A stretch of DNA of 64,000 bases from an uncultured candidate division Zixibacteria bacterium (GTDB lineage Bacteria; Zixibacteria; MSB-5A5; RBG-16-43-9). The DNA lies in contig OY970208.1 of assembly GCA_963713865.1 (NCBI GenBank), positions 128,001-192,000 of the forward strand. Reading direction: 5' to 3'. The position numbers and the translations under genes were made by a program. How positions within the stretch are numbered: the stretch's first letter is position 1; each line of letters begins with the position of its first letter. Positions 38,849-49,486 of this stretch are shown here, piece after piece. Below the pieces are notes generated by a model. It did no database searches. It saw only the letters and a list, made by a program, of their open reading frames with translations, and had not been told where the DNA came from.

Positions 38849-41800
38849 ATGAAATCCTCAAGTTACTTCAATCTCATCACCCGCCTCAACTCTTTGAGGT
38901 CATATTACACCCGGACGAGGCTGTTTTATGGTTTTCTGATCATTTTATCTGTCATTTTCGTTTATCTTTTGTTCAGCTTCATCTTATCTTATCTGAGCGG
39001 GTTCATCCTTCCGGTTTTTGTCAGGGTAGCTCTTCTGGGAATTTCCCTTTTAGCCTTATCCATTGCTTTCTCATATTATTTCCTCAGGCCTATCTTTTAT
39101 AAGCCAACCTTAGAGGATTTAGCCGTAAAAATCGAGACTCAGTTCCCTGAGCTAAAGGATAGGCTAATCGGCGCCTTGCAGCTTTACCGGAATTTAGAGA
39201 GAAATCCTGAAGGTTATTCTGTCCAGATGATCGAGGCGATAATCGAACAGGCGGATACTGTTTCCAGGGAGATGAATTTCAAATCAGTGGTCGATAAGAG
39301 CCCTCTGCGCAAGACCTTACAGGTAAGCTCTGCTCTATTGGGGTTGGTTTTAGTCTTTATGCTTCTTTCCCCTGGCAACTTCAACCGCTCTTTTTACCTT
39401 TTCTCCCATCCTTTAACCTCTGTGCAAGCACCTCAGAGATTTTTCTTCTCAATTTCCCCGGGTAATGCCGAAGTGGTGAAATATTCAGATATGAAAATCG
39501 GAATTACAGCAGAAGGGCAAAAACCTTCCAAGATTAGTTTTTACTGGAGAGATGGGGAGGGTGCGTGGAATGAGGAGAGGTTGGAAAAAGTGGATTGGAG
39601 CGGAGCAAAGGGTCAACTCCAGGATTCTGCCGGGGCAAGTAAAGAATATGATTTCGAATATCTTTTCAAACAGGTAAAAAGAGACATAGATTATTATGCT
39701 CAAGCAGAAGGGATAAAAAGCGAACAATACAAGCTGAAAGTCACGGATAAACCCAGAATAATCAATCTAAAGCTTATTTTGAACTATCCCAAATACACCC
39801 AGTTGAAACCTCTGGTCCTTGACCAGAACGATGGAACCATAGAGGCATTCGTCGGGACAAAAGTTAAAATCGAGGCAACTGCCAATAAGGACCTTGCCAG
39901 AGGTGAGTTAATCTTTTCGGATTCGACCAGAGCAAAGTTGGAGGTCGAAGGGAAAAAAGCTGTTGGCGAAATCATAATAAGAAAGGACAACTCCTATCAC
40001 ATTGAGGTTGAAGATAAATCCGGAAACAAAAATCCAGACCCGATCGAATATAAGATAACCAAAAAAGATGATCAGATTCCAGAAGTTGAAATAATCCAGC
40101 CCGGTATGGACTGCGATTTAACCGAGAATATGCAGTTACCTTTACTGGTCAAAGGCTCGGACGATTTCGGATTCACTAATTTGAAACTGGTCTATCAGAT
40201 TGTTTCACCCGGAGACGGATCCGCAGAAAAAGAATTAAAAAGCCTGAAACTCCCATTTGAGGAGAAACTCGAAGGCAAGCTTCAGTCCGATTATCTCTGG
40301 GACCTGTCTGATATAGGTCTTATGCCTGGAGACATAGTTAGATACCGGGTCGAAATCTATGACAATGATAACTTCTCCGGACCTAAAAAAGGGGTAAGCT
40401 CAACCTATAATCTCCGTCACCCGAGCCTGGAGGAGATCGCAGGAGAGATGGACGAGCAAAGAGAAAACCAACTGTCTGATCTCGAAAAAAATCTGGTTGA
40501 ACAAAAGGAGCTGAAAAAAAAATTAGAGGAGCTCTCTAAAGACCTTTTTATGCAGAGCCAATCCCCTGAGGGAAAATCATCCCAGTTAAGCTGGGAGAAA
40601 AAAAAGGAGATGGAAGCTCTTTTAGAAAAGCAGAAAAACCTGGCGGAGAATCTCAAGAAATTAGGAGAAGACGTTGGAAAAACGTGTTCTAAAGTCGAGG
40701 AAAATCGCTTAGCCTCCTTAGAGCTTTTAGAGAGGATGGCTGAGCTGAGGAAACTTTTCGATGAAGTTGCACCACAAGAGCTCAAGGAGGCAATGAAAAA
40801 ATTGCAAGAGGCTTTAGAATCTTTAGACCAGGAAAAGATCAAAGAGGCGCTCCAGAACCTGAATTTAACCACTGAGGAGCTTATCAAAAGGCTGGACCGA
40901 ACCATAGCTTTGCTTAAAAGGATGAGAATAGAGCAGAAGATGGAGAGTCTGGTAAAAATGGTAGAGAGCTTGACCCAGATGCAGAAGGATATAAACAAAG
41001 AAATAGAAAAATCCAAACCAGAAGAGTTAAGTTCCCTCAAAAATAAAGAGGAAAATCTACAAGATAGAACTGAAGTCTTAGAAGAGAACTTAAAAGAGTT
41101 AAATAATCTAATGAAGGAAACTCCTCTCCTTTCTCCAGAGGATATGGAAAAACTTTTGAACTCGGTGCAGAACTCCGGGGTAAAAAATGATATGCAGAAT
41201 ACCAGCCAGAACCTGCAGCAGGGTAAGAAAAAAGAGAGTCTTGAATCTGGAGGGCAGTGTGCCGGTAAATTAAATGACCTTAGCCAGGATTTTAAATCCG
41301 CTCTGGAGAAGATGAGACAAGGGGATAAAGAAAAAATCTTAACGGAGATGCGAAAATCTTTACAAGACCTTCTTTACCTTTCCAACTCACAGGAAACCCT
41401 GTTTGAACAAACGAAAAATTTTCAACCCAGAGAAACCGGTTTGAGACAATTAGCCACGGAGGAGCAAAAATTGGTCGAGGGCCTAAACCAGGTGGAAAAA
41501 GATTTAAAGGACCTTTCTCTTAAAACCTATTATCTAAATCCAGATTTAGGAAATAAATTAGCTTTAGCTTATGTTAATATGCTACAGTCCATTGACAGGT
41601 TAGAAGAGATGGATGGAAACAGATCCTCGGTTTTTCAATTTGAATCACTCTTTAATCTTAACGAGTCTGCCAAATCTCTTTTAGAAGGGATGGAGAATGT
41701 CGAGAAATCCTGTTCTAACTCAGGAGAGGATGTTTTTCAACAGCTCCAGAGTTTCTGCCAGAAACAGGGAGGGATAAATAGCCAAACCTTTGACCTTTCA

Positions 41801-42265
41801 GGACTGGGTCAATATACTATGGAACAACAGGCTGGTTTAGCCCGGTTAGCTGCAGAGCAGGAAGCTTTAAAGAAGGGCTTAGAACAACTTAATCGGGAGT
41901 TAGGAAACCGTTCCCAGATTCTGGGTAGTTTAGAAGATATTGCTAAGGAGATGGAAAAAGTGGTATCTGATTTAGAGAAGCTAAATGTAGACCGGAATAC
42001 CATAGAGAGACAGAAGAAAATCCTCTCCCGGCTTTTAGATTCTGAAAAATCTTTAGTCAAAAGAGACTACTCTGAAAAAAGAAAAGCTGAAATTGGTGAA
42101 GAGATAATCAGGAAGAGTCCTTTTCAGTTACCTCTGGATATAGGAGCACTAAATCAGAAGGAGAAAGAAAGGGATCAAAGGCTTTCCACTGAGACCTATC
42201 CCAGAGAATATGAGGAGGCGATCAAAGAGTATTTTAAAGCTTTATCCGAACAGGAGAGGAAATAA
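38849..42265 (+). CDS. DUF4175-like membrane-anchored Ig plus long coiled-coil protein
   Basis: N-terminal TMs with FPELKDRLI, DDFG, YDNDNFSGPK, RQKKILSRLLD and YPREYEEAIKEYFK. Confidence 0.75.
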   Translation: MKSSSYFNLITRLNSLRSYYTRTRLFYGFLIILSVIFVYLLFSFILSYLSGFILPVFVRVALLGISLLALSIAFSYYFLRPIFYKPTLEDLAVKIETQFPELKDRLIGALQLYRNLERNPEGYSVQMIEAIIEQADTVSREMNFKSVVDKSPLRKTLQVSSALLGLVLVFMLLSPGNFNRSFYLFSHPLTSVQAPQRFFFSISPGNAEVVKYSDMKIGITAEGQKPSKISFYWRDGEGAWNEERLEKVDWSGAKGQLQDSAGASKEYDFEYLFKQVKRDIDYYAQAEGIKSEQYKLKVTDKPRIINLKLILNYPKYTQLKPLVLDQNDGTIEAFVGTKVKIEATANKDLARGELIFSDSTRAKLEVEGKKAVGEIIIRKDNSYHIEVEDKSGNKNPDPIEYKITKKDDQIPEVEIIQPGMDCDLTENMQLPLLVKGSDDFGFTNLKLVYQIVSPGDGSAEKELKSLKLPFEEKLEGKLQSDYLWDLSDIGLMPGDIVRYRVEIYDNDNFSGPKKGVSSTYNLRHPSLEEIAGEMDEQRENQLSDLEKNLVEQKELKKKLEELSKDLFMQSQSPEGKSSQLSWEKKKEMEALLEKQKNLAENLKKLGEDVGKTCSKVEENRLASLELLERMAELRKLFDEVAPQELKEAMKKLQEALESLDQEKIKEALQNLNLTTEELIKRLDRTIALLKRMRIEQKMESLVKMVESLTQMQKDINKEIEKSKPEELSSLKNKEENLQDRTEVLEENLKELNNLMKETPLLSPEDMEKLLNSVQNSGVKNDMQNTSQNLQQGKKKESLESGGQCAGKLNDLSQDFKSALEKMRQGDKEKILTEMRKSLQDLLYLSNSQETLFEQTKNFQPRETGLRQLATEEQKLVEGLNQVEKDLKDLSLKTYYLNPDLGNKLALAYVNMLQSIDRLEEMDGNRSSVFQFESLFNLNESAKSLLEGMENVEKSCSNSGEDVFQQLQSFCQKQGGINSQTFDLSGLGQYTMEQQAGLARLAAEQEALKKGLEQLNRELGNRSQILGSLEDIAKEMEKVVSDLEKLNVDRNTIERQKKILSRLLDSEKSLVKRDYSEKRKAEIGEEIIRKSPFQLPLDIGALNQKEKERDQRLSTETYPREYEEAIKEYFKALSEQERK

Positions 42266-42367
42266 TACGAAAGTCAAATTTGTAGGGGAATTCCTCCGCC
42301 TTTGACGGAGTTTTGATGACAATTCCCGCACAAACGATTAGATAAACGAATTTTCTATCTATAGTAT

Positions 42368-44152
42368 ATGCCAAGATTAATTTTTCTTACTTTTTTTTGT
42401 TTTTTCTTCTTTTTATCTTTTTCTTATCCCCAGGATAAAGGGGTTTTCAACCAGGATTTAGACTTAGCTCAAAACCTGATTGGAGCAGGAAGATCTTCAG
42501 AAGCCATAGAGATACTGGAAAAACTAAAAAAACTTTCCCCGGAAAACCAGCAGGTTTTCTCCCTCCTTTCCAGAGCCTACCTGGATAACAAATCTTATCC
42601 TGTACTTGAAGAACATCTGAAAAACTGGCTAAAAAAATATCCGCAAGACTGGCGAGTCTGGGCTCAATTAGGGGACCTCTATCTTAAAATAGAAAAAAAA
42701 CCATTAGCAGATGAATCTTTTAAAAAAGCTTTGGATGTCGCTCCAGATTCTGTAGAACCTTATCAAATCATAGCCACTACCTATATTTTAAACCAGGAGC
42801 CTGATAAAGCAATCGAGACCTATAAATCGGGGATCAAAAAATCAGGTAACCAGCCACTATTATTGAAATCGCTGGCTGAGTTGTATGAGATCTCCGGAGA
42901 CAACGCTTCAGCTCTGGAGTATTATTTCTACTGGGCAAAAGAGGATACTTCTAAATACAGTGAAGTTGAGAGAAAGATTATGCGGTTAATAGAGTCGGGA
43001 GAAAAATCAGAGGAACTGGAAAAAGGATTAAAAAAAGGAATAACCCTTTTACCCAAGAAAAGTTTGGGTTATAAGCTTTACGGTGATCTTTTACTAAAAA
43101 AGGGCGAGCTAAGCCAGGCGTTTGAGCTCTTCAAAACCGCAGACCTCCTCTCCGGTTCGAATGGGGAAGACCTGCTCCTCTTTGCCCAGACCTGCTTTAA
43201 ACAACACTCTTATGAACTATCCTTGAAAGCCAGTCAGTATCTGGAGAGCTCATGTCATAGAGTTGAATGTGCGATTCAGTCCAGGTTCATCTCCGGTTAT
43301 TCACTTACCGGTCTTGGGAAATATTCTGAAGCCCTGTCCGTCTATCAAAAAATCGCACAGGACTATCCGATCAGGGATATCCAGGCTCAAGCCTATTTTC
43401 AAACCGGAGAGATCTATCTTGAGTTTCTCAATAAAAAAGACGAAGCTTCAATCTGGTATGGAAAAATCCTTCCTCTAAATGAAACCTTCCTTTATCCGGC
43501 GTCCTTGATTAAATTAGGTAAGATCTATATTTTAAAAGATCAATTAGATAGCGCACGCTTCTTTTTCGAGGAAACTCTTAAAAATCCAAAAGCTGAACCG
43601 GTTTATGAGGAGCTCAATTTTTACCTGGCAGAAATTGATTTCTATCAAGGTGATTTTGAGAAGTCCATAGAAGCTTATCAGAAGTTCTTGAACGATTTCC
43701 ACAAAGGGCTTTTCGTGAATAACACGCTGGAAAGACTTAATCTCATAAAAGATAATTTAGGTATGAACCGTCCTTTTCTAAAAGACTTTTCAAGGGCTTT
43801 GCTTCTTATCTACCAAGGAAATTTCGTAGAAGGGGAAAAATTATTGGATAAGATCATTCAGGCTAAAGTCTCAACCCTGTCCGATGTTGTCTGGATGGAA
43901 AAATCTTCTCTTCTCCGAAAAAAGAATGAATTCAAAGCTTCTATTTCAGAATACCAAAAACTGATAGATAACTATCCTCAAAGCCTTTACACCCCTCTTG
44001 CTTTAAAATCTATAGGAGATGTCTATTTGGAGAGCTTAAAGGAGAACCAAAAAGCTAAAGAGACCTACGAGCTTTTTCTAAAAAAATTCCCCTCTTCCCT
44101 TTATGCTCCGGAGGTAAGAAAAAAATTGAAAGGGTTAAGCAGTGGAAATTAG
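42368..44152 (+). CDS. Exported TPR protein
   Basis: Signal peptide followed by many TPR repeats (YQKLIDNYPQSLY, FLKKFPSSLY). Confidence 0.8.
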   Translation: MPRLIFLTFFCFFFFLSFSYPQDKGVFNQDLDLAQNLIGAGRSSEAIEILEKLKKLSPENQQVFSLLSRAYLDNKSYPVLEEHLKNWLKKYPQDWRVWAQLGDLYLKIEKKPLADESFKKALDVAPDSVEPYQIIATTYILNQEPDKAIETYKSGIKKSGNQPLLLKSLAELYEISGDNASALEYYFYWAKEDTSKYSEVERKIMRLIESGEKSEELEKGLKKGITLLPKKSLGYKLYGDLLLKKGELSQAFELFKTADLLSGSNGEDLLLFAQTCFKQHSYELSLKASQYLESSCHRVECAIQSRFISGYSLTGLGKYSEALSVYQKIAQDYPIRDIQAQAYFQTGEIYLEFLNKKDEASIWYGKILPLNETFLYPASLIKLGKIYILKDQLDSARFFFEETLKNPKAEPVYEELNFYLAEIDFYQGDFEKSIEAYQKFLNDFHKGLFVNNTLERLNLIKDNLGMNRPFLKDFSRALLLIYQGNFVEGEKLLDKIIQAKVSTLSDVVWMEKSSLLRKKNEFKASISEYQKLIDNYPQSLYTPLALKSIGDVYLESLKENQKAKETYELFLKKFPSSLYAPEVRKKLKGLSSGN

Positions 44153-44427
44153 GTTTTGACTTTCTCTTTTAGAAGCTTTACCTCTTCTTCCAGCTTTTTT
44201 ATCTTTTCAATATACCCTTCTATTTGCTTTATCTTCATCTTGGTGCTGGTTCTTACCAAAAGACCTAAGGAAACCAACATAAAGAAAACCGAGTTAATTT
44301 TCCGGAAGATCTCTCCGAAAGCGAAAAGGCTGTCTAAAAAAGCTGCTATCCCTAAGAAAAAAAGTACTGCACACCAGACTAACATAAGCTTTCCTTGACT
44401 TTTAAGGTTTAGTTTATATCTTATCAA
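44149..44427 (-). CDS. Small 2-TM hypothetical protein with C-terminal coiled coil
   Basis: Two hydrophobic segments and an IKKLEEEVKLLKE tail; start uncertain. Confidence 0.5.
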   Translation of the reverse strand: MIRYKLNLKSQGKLMLVWCAVLFFLGIAAFLDSLFAFGEIFRKINSVFFMLVSLGLLVRTSTKMKIKQIEGYIEKIKKLEEEVKLLKEKVKT

Positions 44428-44470
44428 TCGACTTATTTTTTTATACCTTTAGATCAAAATTGGAGGTAAA

Positions 44471-47047
44471 ATGAGTTCACTTATCCGCTGGTATAAGAAA
44501 GACCCAAGCAATGTCTGGTTATCGGTAATAGTCTTTTTAATTGCCTTTATAGTTTATTTATACACTATGGCACCCACAGTCCCCTTCTGGGACTGCGGTG
44601 AGTTTATCGCCTGTTCTTATATCCTGGCGATACCGCATCCACCCGGCACTCCTTTATTTGTCCTGATAGGGCGGATATTCAGCTTATTGCCCATCTTCGG
44701 GGCGATAGCTCCACGAGTCAATTTCATCTCGGTTTTATCATCCGCCTTAACTGTCTGGATGGCCTATTTATTTATCGTGCGGGTGATGGGGCATATTTTG
44801 AAAGGCAAGGAGACAGGTTCAAGTATATGGGTCAGGCTTTCCAGTTATGTAGGGGGTATATCTGGCAGTTTATTTTTAGGTTTTTCATATACCTTCTGGT
44901 CGAGTGCCGTAGAGGCGGAGGTATATGGAACATCGATGTTTTTAATGGTTTTGATAGCCTATTTAGGATTATTGTGGTGGGAGAGAAGGGGTGAGCCTGA
45001 CTCAGACCGGCTACTGGTTTTAATCGGTTTCTTAGGAGTGTTATCTACTGGCATCCACATGACCATTTATCTTATAATGCCCCCGATATTTTTATTAGTC
45101 ATCATAGAGGATAAGAGCAAGTTAAAAGATGTCCGGTTCTGGATAAGCGGGATAATATTATCTCTGGTGATGTTCACCTTAATTCCCTTCTTAGTCTCCT
45201 TACTCGTTTGGCTATTGTTGAGTTTTATTTTCTGGCAGTTAAATCCTAATTCCCGTGCCTGGAATTTCATATTTGCCTTAGTATTATTTGCCACCATCGG
45301 TTATACTGTGCAGTTATATATACCGATACGTTCAGCCTTAGAGCCAGCCATAGATGAGAACGAGCCGGAGAACTGGGATGGTTTTCAATATTTTATAGGA
45401 CGTAAGCAGTATGGGCAGGTATCAATGGTAAGTCGGATGTTTACGCGTCGTGGTAGCTGGTTAAACCAGTTTGGGGTGCATGAGCGGATGGGTCTCTGGG
45501 GATTTTTCCGGGAGCAGTATCTGGACAAATCTTTGTGGTTTATACCAATAATCTTGGGTTTATTAGGGGTAGCGGAGGGAATAAGGCGACTTAAGGGTAT
45601 AGGATGGATGTTATTGTTTTTGGTATTGATTTCTTCAATTGGGTTAGTGGTCTATATGAATTTTGGAGATGGGACAGTATATAATTCTTTATCTGGCGAG
45701 ATAGAGCGGTTAGAGGTGCGTGATCGTGATTATTTCTTTATGCCGGCATTTATCTTTTATGCCATATTAATGGGGTTAGGCATCTCCAGATTCTTGAGTT
45801 ACATAGGAGAAAGCTATACTAAATGGAAGTTGGGAGAGTTTGGAGGTAGAAGTTTAGTATATGGGCTTTCAGTTATTTTTCTCTTAGGACCTTTAATGCC
45901 ACTGGATCGAGGGCTTCATTCACCCAATAATAGACGGAATAATTATCTGGCGTATGATTATGCTTATAACATCTTAAATTCTTGTGAGAAAGATGCCATA
46001 CTATTTACCAACGGGGATAACGATACTTTCCCTTTGTGGTTTATACAGCAGGTGGAAAAGGTCAGAACCGATGTCAGGGTGATTAATTTAAGCTTGCTCC
46101 AAACCGACTGGTATATCCTTCAGCTCAAGGATAAATGGAACGTTCCGATTAGCCTAAGTTACGACCAGATAAAATGTTTTGATACACAGCGTCCAGATGG
46201 AACTATTATGCCTTTACCAAAAGAGAAATATTTTGACCCGCTCAGAGGAGTCCAGCATTATCTAACCGCTTATTATGATCAAAACTCCAAAAAGCTTATC
46301 CGGGTATCGGATCTGATGATCGAGAATATAATTATGTCCAATCAGTGGAAATACCCTGTCTTTTTCTCCTCTACTGTTCCTCCAGATGGTCGGGTGAATC
46401 TGGATAACCATCTTAAAAAAGCTGGTTTCGGTATGAAAATTGTGCCAGAGGAAGGAAAATTTATGTTTGATCCTGATAAATATAATAAGCTTCTTTGGGA
46501 GGTTTACCACTATCGGGGTTTAAATAACACTAAAGTATATAAGGACGAAAATGCTATCGGGATGATGGTCAGTTATCCGGAGATGTTTATTGAATTGAGT
46601 AATTACTATCTTTCTTCCGGAAACAGGGAAAAGGCAAAAGCTGAATTACAAAAGGCGATTCAAGTATATCCGGACTACTATCGGAGCTATTCCATTTTAG
46701 CCGGGCTTTATAATGAAGAAGGGAAAGCTGATTCGACTCGATCCCTTTTGAAAAAAGGTGAAGCACATCTCAAATCCTTATATAACCTTAACTCACAGCT
46801 TTTATATCTCCAGTATCTGGGCCTTTTCTATATAAGCCAGAAAAATACAAAAGAAGCAGAAAAAATCTTTTACCAGGCTTATCAAGAAAGTCCGGATAAC
46901 GAGATCAGCTTCAGGGCTCTTTCAGACCTTTACATAATGAACGGGAAATATACTGAATCAGAAAGGATCCTGGAGAAATGGCTGGAGAGCCATCCAAATG
47001 ATCAGACTGTTAACAATGTTTTACAGAAATTGCGAAGTAGACAATAA
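44471..47047 (+). CDS. DUF2723 (TMEM260-like GT-C glycosyltransferase) with C-terminal TPRs
   Basis: TVPFWDCGEFIA, PHPPGTP, AVEAEVY, EVRDRDYFF and FTNGDNDTFPLW motifs. Confidence 0.9.
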   Translation: MSSLIRWYKKDPSNVWLSVIVFLIAFIVYLYTMAPTVPFWDCGEFIACSYILAIPHPPGTPLFVLIGRIFSLLPIFGAIAPRVNFISVLSSALTVWMAYLFIVRVMGHILKGKETGSSIWVRLSSYVGGISGSLFLGFSYTFWSSAVEAEVYGTSMFLMVLIAYLGLLWWERRGEPDSDRLLVLIGFLGVLSTGIHMTIYLIMPPIFLLVIIEDKSKLKDVRFWISGIILSLVMFTLIPFLVSLLVWLLLSFIFWQLNPNSRAWNFIFALVLFATIGYTVQLYIPIRSALEPAIDENEPENWDGFQYFIGRKQYGQVSMVSRMFTRRGSWLNQFGVHERMGLWGFFREQYLDKSLWFIPIILGLLGVAEGIRRLKGIGWMLLFLVLISSIGLVVYMNFGDGTVYNSLSGEIERLEVRDRDYFFMPAFIFYAILMGLGISRFLSYIGESYTKWKLGEFGGRSLVYGLSVIFLLGPLMPLDRGLHSPNNRRNNYLAYDYAYNILNSCEKDAILFTNGDNDTFPLWFIQQVEKVRTDVRVINLSLLQTDWYILQLKDKWNVPISLSYDQIKCFDTQRPDGTIMPLPKEKYFDPLRGVQHYLTAYYDQNSKKLIRVSDLMIENIIMSNQWKYPVFFSSTVPPDGRVNLDNHLKKAGFGMKIVPEEGKFMFDPDKYNKLLWEVYHYRGLNNTKVYKDENAIGMMVSYPEMFIELSNYYLSSGNREKAKAELQKAIQVYPDYYRSYSILAGLYNEEGKADSTRSLLKKGEAHLKSLYNLNSQLLYLQYLGLFYISQKNTKEAEKIFYQAYQESPDNEISFRALSDLYIMNGKYTESERILEKWLESHPNDQTVNNVLQKLRSRQ

Positions 47048-47100
47048 TCTTGTAGGGACAAAGCCGTAAACCCACCTTGCCCTCAAGGTGGGTTATTTTT

Positions 47101-47967
47101 TTATTTTGGTAATTTTATTTTTAATTTTCCATCCTGTGAACCTCTATCATGAAAAACAGTATAATCAAAATCTAATTCGGATAATTCTTTCTTAGTAGGC
47201 AATACAATAGTAAAATCGAGATTCTCTGGTCTAGAGATGAGCCATTTTTTAGTATCAGTATAATACCCTATGAATTGATTGAGCCTATAACTCCATGTCT
47301 GCAAATCAGCTGAAGAATCATATACTGACCAGCCAGAAGATTTGAAATTAAATATTCTCGGGACTTTTAAAATAAAGTTATTCTTTTCAGATGTTTGATT
47401 ACCTTTGTTCAATAAAGCAGGGACAATATGCACTTTATTACTATCAATCCTTTCAACCTTGTCTACATATAAGACTAAATCCGGTTTTCGTGAGATTTCC
47501 TCCTCCCAACTTGCTTGAGTCTTTTTAAGTAGTTGTAGTTGTTTATCACTAGCCTCAACGATTTCGCTTAATTTCTTTTCGTAAGAGACCAAACTGCTTG
47601 AAAATATGTCCACATCTTTTCGTAGTCCACCTATAGACGAGCTTAATCCTTTTTGCTGCCCTTCAACCACCTCCGTCAGGTTCTGTATAGTGGAATCAAA
47701 TTTATTAACACTTTGCGGTAACGCCTCAATTCTATTCTCTACTCTTGCAAAGAGTGTATCAAGATTTCTAAGGTGACCTTCTACATTAGAGGCGAATCTA
47801 TCGGAACTCCTAAGATTCCATATTCCCAGACCGAACGCTAAGATTAATAGAGCTAATTCTACGACTCGAAAAACGGGATCAGTTCTTTTTACCCACTTGG
47901 TGAAACGCCCCCTTTTTCTGACCTTTGTTTTTTGCGGTTTATTTTCTAAATTGTTTTCGATTTCCAT
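47101..47967 (-). CDS. Hypothetical single-TM, coiled-coil, C-terminal beta-rich protein
   Basis: TM VELALLILAFGLGIW, heptad stalk and Ig-like tail (KPDL...LLNKG); flanked by REP hairpins. Confidence 0.55.
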   Translation of the reverse strand: MEIENNLENKPQKTKVRKRGRFTKWVKRTDPVFRVVELALLILAFGLGIWNLRSSDRFASNVEGHLRNLDTLFARVENRIEALPQSVNKFDSTIQNLTEVVEGQQKGLSSSIGGLRKDVDIFSSSLVSYEKKLSEIVEASDKQLQLLKKTQASWEEEISRKPDLVLYVDKVERIDSNKVHIVPALLNKGNQTSEKNNFILKVPRIFNFKSSGWSVYDSSADLQTWSYRLNQFIGYYTDTKKWLISRPENLDFTIVLPTKKELSELDFDYTVFHDRGSQDGKLKIKLPK

Positions 47968-48357
47968 TTGTCAATTGATTTTGATAGGTTTTAAGTCTTG
48001 CCTTAAAAGAGTTTCCAATTATTTCTAATTAAAATACATCTTTTCTATTATAATAGGCAAGAAAAATTATTACACATCTATTGAATTTTTTATTTTAAAA
48101 AATTGATATCCAAATTGTGAGAGAAGTAGGGGCACGGCATGCCGTGCCTCTACAATTTACATCTACGCCACTAAAGCAGCTAGGAACTGTTAAAGTAAAG
48201 TTAAAACTTTACACTTTAGTATTTCAATTCTTTTCTGATGTTTCGGGAATTCCTGACACCAAAGCATCAAAAAATCTCACTTTAAGTATTAAAGCGTCTT
48301 TCTCCATTATATTCTTGATAATATCCGAGATGTTCCTACGTAAGCTGAACCTGTTGA

Positions 48358-49365
48358 CTACCTAGAGAATATTTTAATTGCCGAATCAAGTAGAAAGTAG
48401 AAAATTCCTGCAGTCAGGGCAGCACCGGGGATGGTTAAAAACCAGGCCCAGACAATTTTTAAAGTAACGCCCCAGCGCACCGCGCTAAGATGCTTTGCCG
48501 CGCCCACGCCAGAAATAGCACCGGTGATAACATGAGTAGTGCTGACTGGCACGCCCATGTGGGTAGCCAGAAAAATACTAAAGGCGCTGGCAGTTTCCGC
48601 ACAAAAACCATCAATCGGTCTTAATTTAGTTATCTTTTGACCCATGGTCTTCACAATGCGCCAGCCGCCAGACAAGGTTCCTAAGGCAATGGCTGCGTGT
48701 GCGCTCAGCACGACCCAAAGAGGCACGTGGAAGCTTTTAAGTAGACCAGCAGAAAAAAGTAAACTTGAGATAATACCCATAGTTTTTTGAGCATCATTAC
48801 CCCCATGGCCCAAACTATATAAACCTGCAGAAAATAATTGCATTCGCCGCGACCACTTGTCAATAGAAGTAGGATGCCTTTTATGAACTATCCAGGTGAC
48901 AATCACAATAAAAACCAATCCCAAAACCAATCCAATTGTGGGTGCTAAAAAAAGAAAAATAATAGTTTTAGTCCATCCGCTAACGATAATAATTTTGAAG
49001 CCGGCTTTGACAATGGCCGCACCAGCGTAGCCACCGATTAAAGCATGGGAGGAGCTGGTTGGCAGGCCTAAATACCAGGTAAAAAGATTCAAACTGATGG
49101 CACCGATCAGGCCAGCGAATATAAGTCGCGGTGTGACTATACTGATATCAATCATACCTCTACCAATTGTGGTGGCTACGGCCGTTCCAAAAATCAGAAA
49201 AGCGACAAAATTAAAAAAAGCCGCCCAGACCACAGCCTGTCGAGGTGTTAAAACACGGGTGGAGACAACCGTGGCGATAGAATTAGCAGCGTCATGCAGG
49301 CCATTGGTAAAATCAAAAGCCAAAGCAATCAAAATAATAAAGATTACAAAGATTAAACTCAGCAT
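48358..49365 (-). CDS. pit: Inorganic phosphate transporter (PiT family)
   Basis: NGLHDAANSIATVVSTR, GLPTSSSHAL, HGGNDAQKTMG and PVSTTH motifs. Confidence 0.95.
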   Translation of the reverse strand: MLSLIFVIFIILIALAFDFTNGLHDAANSIATVVSTRVLTPRQAVVWAAFFNFVAFLIFGTAVATTIGRGMIDISIVTPRLIFAGLIGAISLNLFTWYLGLPTSSSHALIGGYAGAAIVKAGFKIIIVSGWTKTIIFLFLAPTIGLVLGLVFIVIVTWIVHKRHPTSIDKWSRRMQLFSAGLYSLGHGGNDAQKTMGIISSLLFSAGLLKSFHVPLWVVLSAHAAIALGTLSGGWRIVKTMGQKITKLRPIDGFCAETASAFSIFLATHMGVPVSTTHVITGAISGVGAAKHLSAVRWGVTLKIVWAWFLTIPGAALTAGIFYFLLDSAIKIFSR

Positions 49366-49372
49366 CTTAAAA

Positions 49373-49486
49373 TTAAGTTGATTTAATCATAATGTCTTCA
49401 ATAACACTCGACAAGTCTTCGCAGCAGTCAGATGCGATTTCTAAGCGATTATAAATTTCTTTTAATTTAATCAAATCATTTAATAT
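49373..49486 (-). pseudogene. 3' relic of a second DUF47 gene
   Basis: ILNDLIKLKEIYNRLEIASDCCEDLSSVIEDIMIKST* aligns with the native tail KWKEIYGRLETAADHCENISNVIETIVVKNA*; no convincing start or RBS. Confidence 0.75.

Noticed and set aside
40417-42060. Long antisense ORFs such as 40417-41040, and 60256-60891 elsewhere
   Set aside because: They are shadow frames opposite well-supported genes with biased codon use.
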